Below the pieces are notes generated by a model. That model saw only the letters and a program-made list of their open reading frames with translations. It had not been told where the DNA came from and made no database searches. A program made the position numbers and the translations under genes. A stretch of 64,000 bases of DNA from an uncultured delta proteobacterium. Its GTDB lineage: Bacteria > Myxococcota_A > Polyangia > Polyangiales > Polyangiaceae. Location of the stretch: the NCBI GenBank assembly GCA_963716725.1, contig CAVQUB010000013.1, forward strand, positions 352,001 to 416,000, in the 5' to 3' direction. Position 1 is the stretch's first letter, and the number at the start of each line of letters is the position of its first letter. Below, piece by piece: positions 58,216 through 64,000 of this stretch.

Positions 58216-58817
58216 GACGTGGACCTTTCGAGAAGCGTGGTGAGTTCGGCGACGTGGCGCCGACGAAGCGCCAGGCGCTCGGGCGACAGCGGGTCCTCTC
58301 CCAAGAATGCCCCGAGCACAGGCTCGTAGATGAAGTAGCCGGAGATCGCTCCGAACACGCTGATGGCGAGGTCGCGCGCGACGTCACGATCGCCGAAGTG
58401 CTGTTCGAGGAGCTCGCGCAGCGGGCCAACGATGGCGGCGGCGCTGTCGCGCACGACGTCTCCACGATCGATGAGCTGCCGGAGCAGGAGCCGCTGCAGA
58501 TCTCGTTCTTCGACCAAGAAGTCGAAGTGAGCGAGAGCGAGGCGGACCGGCAACCCGGCTCGGTCGCCTTCTGCAACCGCGGCAGAGAGCCGCTTCAGAA
58601 GGCGGCTCTGGGCATCGGCCACGACGGTGTCGTAGAGCGCCTGCTTGCCGCCAAAGTAGTAGTTGATCATCGCTGCGGTGGTGGCTGCGCGCTCGGCGAT
58701 GGTCCGCACCGAGGCGGCGCCGAAGCCGCTCTCCGCAAACTCGCTCCGCGCCGCCGCCACGATGCGCTCGCGCACGCCATCGCTCGCCGACCCAGGAATC
58801 ATGCTCGAATCAGCCAT
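58212..58817 (-). CDS. TetR/AcrR family transcriptional regulator
   Basis: RIVAAARSEFAESGF..SVRTIAERA..INYYFGGKQALY. Confidence 0.93.
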   Translation of the reverse strand: MADSSMIPGSASDGVRERIVAAARSEFAESGFGAASVRTIAERAATTAAMINYYFGGKQALYDTVVADAQSRLLKRLSAAVAEGDRAGLPVRLALAHFDFLVEERDLQRLLLRQLIDRGDVVRDSAAAIVGPLRELLEQHFGDRDVARDLAISVFGAISGYFIYEPVLGAFLGEDPLSPERLALRRRHVAELTTLLERSTS

Positions 58818-58844
58818 TAAACACTCGTTCTAAACACGTGTTTA
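58818..58844. promoter_or_regulatory. Tandem TetR-type operator
   Basis: Perfect palindrome TAAACACGTGTTTA (58831-58844) plus a degenerate copy TAAACACTCGTTCT (58818-58831) directly before the TetR start. Confidence 0.8.
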
Positions 58845-58886
58845 ACAACCGGCGATGGCAAAGTCAAGCGCCGGACGCGCCGGGCA

Positions 58887-60041
58887 TCATTCGACGGTGA
58901 TCAATGGCGCTGCGAACCCGCCGCCGGCGAAGTCCGCGTCGCGGATCAGCTCGGGCGCGGCGCCCGATCCGCCCAAGTCGAAGGCCTCGATGCTCTGGGT
59001 CGTCGCGGCCAAGACGCGCCCCGCCGGCGACAGCGCGAGCGAGCGGCAGAACCATGGTGACGACTCCACCGGACCGGAGAGCGGAACCATCGATGGTTCC
59101 GCGTCGAGGCGGAGCGGCAGGAGCACCAGGGCGCCGGTCGAAGATCCCCGGGACAAGAGCAGGACGAGCGCGTCCCGATCCGCGGCGACCTCCACGCACT
59201 CGATGCTGCCCTTCGCGCCCGGCACCGTCACGCTGCGGAAGCTCGTCGGCACCGCAGGATCGACCCGGGAGATCTCGGCGATCTCGATCTGCGACCCGTC
59301 CTCGTGCTTCCTCACCAAGTACGCTTCGTCGCGATCCTCAGCGCCCGCGAGACGCGAGCTCGGACGACCCGGGGCTGGGATGGAGTGGAAGTCGATCTGC
59401 CACTGCGAGTCGAAGCGCGCCACGAGCAGTGAGTCGAAGGTCTCGCCTGCGTCGAAGCCGGTACTGCTCAAGGACAAGAGCCGTCCCGGAACGCTCGCCG
59501 ATACGAGGCTCGAGGGGCGATTGATCGCTTGGCTGCCCGGCACCAGGCGCAGAGCGGAGTCGAGCAACGACCAGGTCACCGCCATGTCCTCGGTCAGGAC
59601 CAAGACGTAGGGCGGGAAGGGAAAGAGACGCGCGCCGGGTCCAAGCTCATCGCTCTCGCCCACCAGAGAGAGCTGCCCGTCGACGATGTCGAAGGCTCGA
59701 ACCCTGGAGGTCTCCAGGTCGTTGGGCGAGGTCGCCGCGAGGAGCCGCGAGCCATCGAGCACCAGATCGCCGACCACCTCGCCGACGACGGTCGTCGACA
59801 GCACGTGGCCCGTCGCCGGGTCGAAGGCCGCGACTTGGCTCGGTCCACTGCGAGCGTAGGCGCGCTTCTTCAAACTCGGAGCGACGGAGCTCACAGGAGG
59901 GCCGATGGCGGGGTCCGCAGGGATCGTCGCCGGACCAGGACCCGCGTCGTGTTCTTCAGCGACCGCTCGGAAGGGCTCACCCGCGCAGGCGGTGAGCACG
60001 AGCACACAGAGACTCGCGATGGACTTTCGGATCGGTGGCAT
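58887..60041 (-). CDS. Hypothetical lipoprotein, probably beta-propeller
   Basis: Lipobox LTAC; beta-rich 384-aa ORF. Confidence 0.6.
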   Translation of the reverse strand: MPPIRKSIASLCVLVLTACAGEPFRAVAEEHDAGPGPATIPADPAIGPPVSSVAPSLKKRAYARSGPSQVAAFDPATGHVLSTTVVGEVVGDLVLDGSRLLAATSPNDLETSRVRAFDIVDGQLSLVGESDELGPGARLFPFPPYVLVLTEDMAVTWSLLDSALRLVPGSQAINRPSSLVSASVPGRLLSLSSTGFDAGETFDSLLVARFDSQWQIDFHSIPAPGRPSSRLAGAEDRDEAYLVRKHEDGSQIEIAEISRVDPAVPTSFRSVTVPGAKGSIECVEVAADRDALVLLLSRGSSTGALVLLPLRLDAEPSMVPLSGPVESSPWFCRSLALSPAGRVLAATTQSIEAFDLGGSGAAPELIRDADFAGGGFAAPLITVE

Positions 60042-60123
60042 GACCCCGCCTCGGCCCGCGCCGGCGGAGAGTTTCCGAAAAAGTCTTGCTCACGCATTCA
60101 GCACTTGGGCGCAGGTGCGCTGC

Positions 60124-60615
60124 TCAGTCCAACTCGCGCGGGCGCCACACCTGAACGAGCTCCGCTCCCGCTTCGCGGCCGACCTCCGCCCAATCATCGA
60201 CCGCGAGACTGAAGCGCGCGATGGCCGCCGTGGGCATCGCCTCACGCATGGCAGCAAGGTCGCTCACCAGCTCTTCGGTGCCGGGGTTGTGGCCGACCAC
60301 CAAGAGACAGCCGACTTCGTCGGAAACACCGGCGATCTCCTCGAGGATCTGCCCGGGGGACGCCAGGTAGAGCTCACGTCGGAGTCGCAGCTCGGGCTTC
60401 CAGCCAAATGCTTCGGCGACCGCCGACGCGGTGGTCCGTGCGCGCAGCGCGGTGGAGCTCAGGATCAGATCCGGAACCACGGCGTGCTGGACCAAGATCG
60501 CGGCCATCTGCGGCGCGCTGCGTTCACCGCGGGTGTTGAGCGGGCGATCGTGATCCGAGACGCCGTCGTCGTCCCAGCTCGACTTGGCGTGTCGCATCAA
60601 GAGCAGCGTCTTCAT
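60124..60615 (-). CDS. sixA: SixA-like phosphohistidine phosphatase
   Basis: LMRHAKSSW, DHDRPL, SS.A.RA, VGHNP. Confidence 0.88.
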   Translation of the reverse strand: MKTLLLMRHAKSSWDDDGVSDHDRPLNTRGERSAPQMAAILVQHAVVPDLILSSTALRARTTASAVAEAFGWKPELRLRRELYLASPGQILEEIAGVSDEVGCLLVVGHNPGTEELVSDLAAMREAMPTAAIARFSLAVDDWAEVGREAGAELVQVWRPRELD

Positions 60616-60616
60616 C

Positions 60617-62236
60617 TCAGGGCTTCTTCGCCGGGAGCCACTCGGCCTTGGTGGTGAGCGCGGTGCCAATCTCGACCCGGGTGATGTCCCCCTTGTCGCA
60701 GACGATCTTCACCTTCGGAACGCCCTCGTCCGTGGTGACGACGCTGGCGACCTTGGCGGTCTCGGTGTGGACCTGGCCCGCGCAGAAGGCCATGACCTTC
60801 AGCCCCGCGCTGACGACGCCCGCGCGCAGCGAGGCGACGTCGACCACGACGTTGGCCTTGTCCGCCATGCGCTCGACGGTGGCCTTGCGGCCCTCGACCT
60901 TCTTGACGGTGCCGAGGTGGTAGTCCTTGGCGGGTGCGCGCAGCGGCGCCCACACCACCACGCCCGTCAGCTGGTCGCCCGGCGGCAGCCAGGAGCTGGT
61001 GTCGGTCGGCTTGAGGTTCTTGGCCTCGACCCAGGCGCTGGCCTTCTCGAAGAGCGACGGGCCTTCGGCCGCACCGGGATCTTCTTTGGCGATCAGCGCA
61101 AAGGCCCCGCCCTTGCCCAAAAGCCACGTCTTCTGCCCGTGGTCGAGCTTGCCGGACTCCGCTCCGGCACTGCTCTCTGCGGGCCTCAGTGAGAGGGCAC
61201 CCCAGGCCCATGCCGCGCTAGGCTTCGTCAGCTTGCAGCGCAGGCGCTCGCACTCCACCGCAATCGCCAGCCGCCAACGTGCCATCTCGATCTCATCGGG
61301 CACCTTTTCCCAGCCCGCGACCTTCACCGCGTCGTCGATCTGCTTCTGAACTTCTCCGGGTTTCTTGGCGCCGAGCGCGGTCTTGATCAGCGCCTGGATG
61401 TGCAGCTTGACGGCGTCGCGCACCACGTCGTTGGCGATGGCCCGCTCGGCGGAGGTCAGCTTGCCTTCCTTTTCGAGCGCATCCAGCTTGGCGAAAGCCT
61501 CCTGCCACTTCTGCGCGTCGAGCAGCGGCTTCAGCACGCCGAGACCCCGATGCACCAACTGCTGTTGGAGGACCTTCTCGAGCTTCGCGTAGCTCTCCTT
61601 GTCGAAGGCCGTGGTGGTGTCGGGCGCGGTCAACAGCGAGCGCGCGGCCTCCACGTTTCCCGCCTTCACTTCCTCGGCCAACTTCTGCTCGAGACAGCCG
61701 AAGAGCGCGGCCTTGGTCTTGTCCTTGAGCGCAGTCTTGAAGTGCTGCCTCGCCTTGGCGCGCACTGGATCCGCGACTGCCTTCAGCGCGCTGGCGCACT
61801 TGCCCGCGCTCGCGTTCTCGATGGCCCGCTTGGCGGAGCGTTCGGCCCGCGCATCGTCGATGTCCTGCTGAACGGCTCGCGCGGCCTGGGTGAGATCGAC
61901 ACCGGCGTACAGCGTCGCCTCTTCCGCGCGATCGTCCGCCGTCGAGAAGTCCGAGGCCTTCAGCAGCGCTCGTGCTTCGTCGACCAGGAGCTGCGCGAGT
62001 TCGTCGCGACCTTCCGCCGCCGCATTGGTGTCACGAAACCGCGAGACCAGTCGCCGGTAGGGCTCGGGCTTCTTCTCGGCGCGAGCCCTGGCCAGGAGGC
62101 TTGCGGCGCGCTCCTCGTCACGCTGCGAACCCGCCGGAGTCTCCGATCCGGCCCCGCCGCCGCCGCATGCGGCGACTGTCGACGCGAGCACGCCCACCAG
62201 CCCCAGGACCCTGAAACCCGAAGTGAAGCTCATCAC
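60617..62236 (-). CDS. Hypothetical lipoprotein (helical N-terminus, beta-rich C-terminus)
   Basis: Lipobox VAAC; 539 aa. Confidence 0.65.
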   Translation of the reverse strand: MMSFTSGFRVLGLVGVLASTVAACGGGGAGSETPAGSQRDEERAASLLARARAEKKPEPYRRLVSRFRDTNAAAEGRDELAQLLVDEARALLKASDFSTADDRAEEATLYAGVDLTQAARAVQQDIDDARAERSAKRAIENASAGKCASALKAVADPVRAKARQHFKTALKDKTKAALFGCLEQKLAEEVKAGNVEAARSLLTAPDTTTAFDKESYAKLEKVLQQQLVHRGLGVLKPLLDAQKWQEAFAKLDALEKEGKLTSAERAIANDVVRDAVKLHIQALIKTALGAKKPGEVQKQIDDAVKVAGWEKVPDEIEMARWRLAIAVECERLRCKLTKPSAAWAWGALSLRPAESSAGAESGKLDHGQKTWLLGKGGAFALIAKEDPGAAEGPSLFEKASAWVEAKNLKPTDTSSWLPPGDQLTGVVVWAPLRAPAKDYHLGTVKKVEGRKATVERMADKANVVVDVASLRAGVVSAGLKVMAFCAGQVHTETAKVASVVTTDEGVPKVKIVCDKGDITRVEIGTALTTKAEWLPAKKP

Positions 62237-62326
62237 GCGGAGGATGGTTCCGCCGGGGCGCCGTCATAGTCAAGTGGAGCGGTTCCATCGGGCCCCGAGT
62301 CAATCTATTGAGCAACGGAGACCGCC

Positions 62327-62923
62327 GTGCCCAACCCTGCCCCGCCGCTCCCCGAAGGCTCCGCTGACGTCGCCGCGTGGGCCCGGGGCCGACGCATGAA
62401 GCTGGAACCGTGGCCCGACCAAGCGTGGTTCTCGGCGTGGGAGCCCTTCGACACCATGGTCGGCGCAGAAGCGTGGTTCAACGCGGCTTCGTGGTCGGTG
62501 CCACCAGGCAGCGCGACCATCGCCGAGCCGTGGCACGCCCTCGTCGACAGCGAGCCCGTGGATCGCACGGCGCTGCTGTTCGTGACGCATCCTGGCTTCG
62601 TGCGCCGCGCGGCCGCCCGGGGCGGAGAACACTTCAATACCCGCGTGAGCTACCTGGAGAATCCGCCGATGCCGACGGTGAAGGTCGGCGACCCGGTTTG
62701 GGACGAGCACATGCTCACGCTCGCCGCGTCGCCGTCCGAAGCCGCAGCGGCGTTTCCCAAGGGAGCCCGAGCCCTCCTGGCCTCGTGGCGATTCTCGGGC
62801 CACATCGAGGTCCGACCGGGGGGGCTCGTCGTTCACTTCGCGGGGACGCGGCCCATGCCTGCCCACCTCGATCGGCTGTTTCACGCCACGGAAGCGCTGG
62901 TCAAAGAGCTTGCACGCAGCTGA
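62327..62923 (+). CDS. Hypothetical protein
   Basis: 198 aa, GGAG RBS, Trp-rich. Confidence 0.6.
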   Translation: MPNPAPPLPEGSADVAAWARGRRMKLEPWPDQAWFSAWEPFDTMVGAEAWFNAASWSVPPGSATIAEPWHALVDSEPVDRTALLFVTHPGFVRRAAARGGEHFNTRVSYLENPPMPTVKVGDPVWDEHMLTLAASPSEAAAAFPKGARALLASWRFSGHIEVRPGGLVVHFAGTRPMPAHLDRLFHATEALVKELARS

Positions 62924-62969
62924 GCCGCCCGCTGTGAAGCCCGGCGTCTAGTGCTACCGTGAGCCCACG

Positions 62970-63671
62970 ATGGCGCAGCGGATCTTGGTGGTCGAGGACG
63001 AACCCGCCATTGCGGAGTCCGTCGCCTACGCTCTGCGCCGCGACGGATTTGCCGTAGAGATCGCAGGAACCTGCGCCCAGGCCACGAGCGCGGGCGACGC
63101 CGAGCTGATCGTGCTCGACCTGATGCTGCCCGACGGCAGCGGGTTCGACCTGATCGGCAGCTGGCGTCGAGCCGGGCGCCTCACCCCCATCATCGTGCTC
63201 TCGAGCCGCGACGGGGAGGCCGACCGCGTCGCCGCCCTCGAGACGGGCGCCGACGACTACGTCATGAAGCCATTTTCGCCGCGAGAAGTCGTGGCCCGAG
63301 TGCGAGCCGTGTTGCGCCGCGTGGGTCCCGCCGCGAGCTCGCCCGGAGCCGCCGAGCTGAGCCCGCTCTCGGCCGATCAGTCGACACGACGCGCCCAAGT
63401 CGACGGCAAGCCGCTGGAGTTGACCCGCGTCGAGTTCGACCTGCTGGCAAACCTGCTCGAGAGTCCGGGACGCGTGTACACCCGCGCACAGATCATCGAC
63501 AAGGTCTGGGGCGACGGCTTCGCCATCACGGATCGCACCATCGATTCCCACGTGAAGAGCCTGCGCAAGAAGGTCGCGGACGCGGGCGGGGATCCGGGGC
63601 TCATCGAGACCGTGCGTGGCGTGGGCTATCGCGTCGCCGATCAGCCTCGCCCGCCAGCAGAGAAGCCGTGA
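62970..63671 (+). CDS. OmpR-family response regulator (CreB-like)
   Basis: VEDEPAIA, DLMLPD, GADDY..KPFSPRE, DRTIDSHVKSLR, ETVRGVGY. Confidence 0.9.
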   Translation: MAQRILVVEDEPAIAESVAYALRRDGFAVEIAGTCAQATSAGDAELIVLDLMLPDGSGFDLIGSWRRAGRLTPIIVLSSRDGEADRVAALETGADDYVMKPFSPREVVARVRAVLRRVGPAASSPGAAELSPLSADQSTRRAQVDGKPLELTRVEFDLLANLLESPGRVYTRAQIIDKVWGDGFAITDRTIDSHVKSLRKKVADAGGDPGLIETVRGVGYRVADQPRPPAEKP

Positions 63672-64000
63672 CGCGACTGATCATCGTCGCGGCGGCTGCC
63701 ATCGCGCTGATCTTGTTCGCGGCGTTCATCGCGGCGCGCCTGCTCGCGACCCGCACCCGCGGACTCTCGATCCGCATGCAGATCTTCCTCGCCCTCGCCC
63801 TCATCGTCGGCGCCTTCGCCTTCGGCCTCGGCATCATGGTGATCGATCGCATCGAGGCCCGCGCGGTGCGCCTGGCCAATCAAGCTGCGCTGGACGAGAG
63901 CGCTATCGTGGCCGGGATCTTCGGCGCCGAAATGGATCGCGGCAACCTGCGCGTCGAAGACATCGCGGTGCGCCTCGAAGCGGAGCGCCTGCGCGGCGCG
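63668..64000 (+). CDS. Membrane sensor histidine kinase (CreC-like), truncated by the window end
   Basis: GTG overlaps the regulator stop; two TMs; SIRMQIFL; kinase domain lies outside the window. Confidence 0.6.
   Translation, partial: MTRLIIVAAAAIALILFAAFIAARLLATRTRGLSIRMQIFLALALIVGAFAFGLGIMVIDRIEARAVRLANQAALDESAIVAGIFGAEMDRGNLRVEDIAVRLEAERLRGA

Noticed and set aside
1..64000. Many long antisense or alternative-frame ORFs (e.g. 12434-14461, 41823-44105, 55774-57561, 35445-37109)
   Set aside because: They are shadows of well-supported genes, expected in high-GC DNA; they are Arg/Ala/Gly-rich with no motifs

Overview
High-GC bacterial chromosomal segment, very probably from a myxobacterium (Myxococcota, Polyangia/Sorangium-like). 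This is inferred from the MYXO-CTERM tails, DUF4215-type Cys-rich repeats, Gly-linker lipoproteins, FHA-GGDEF and PP2C-cNMP architectures. It is densely coding, with about 60 CDS and one tRNA-Ser(GCT). Core functions include pilMNOP, lolA, ruvC, orn, yhbY, ogt, bfr/bfd with a Fur box, sppA, an sspB-like gene, sixA and a creB/creC-like pair. No integrase, transposase, prophage, CRISPR array or rRNA was seen. The most interesting parts are: (1) a radical SAM enzyme with the motif set of the tetraether lipid synthase Tes/GDGT-MAS (MJ0619) family; (2) a TetR-controlled operon, with a perfect 14-bp operator palindrome, pairing a radical SAM/SPASM-twitch enzyme with an unusual SCP2-E1alpha-E1beta triple fusion, convergent on a di-iron ferritin-like enzyme; (3) an aminotransferase-LuxE-LuxC set without luciferase, interrupted by bfr/bfd; (4) a kinase-degenerate, vertebrate-like NAGS; (5) a small secreted peptide with repeated xCL motifs; and (6) several gene remnants, including a frameshifted amidohydrolase. 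All family calls come from motif recognition by eye, not database searches. Start codons were adjusted by eye where the ORF track over-extends.
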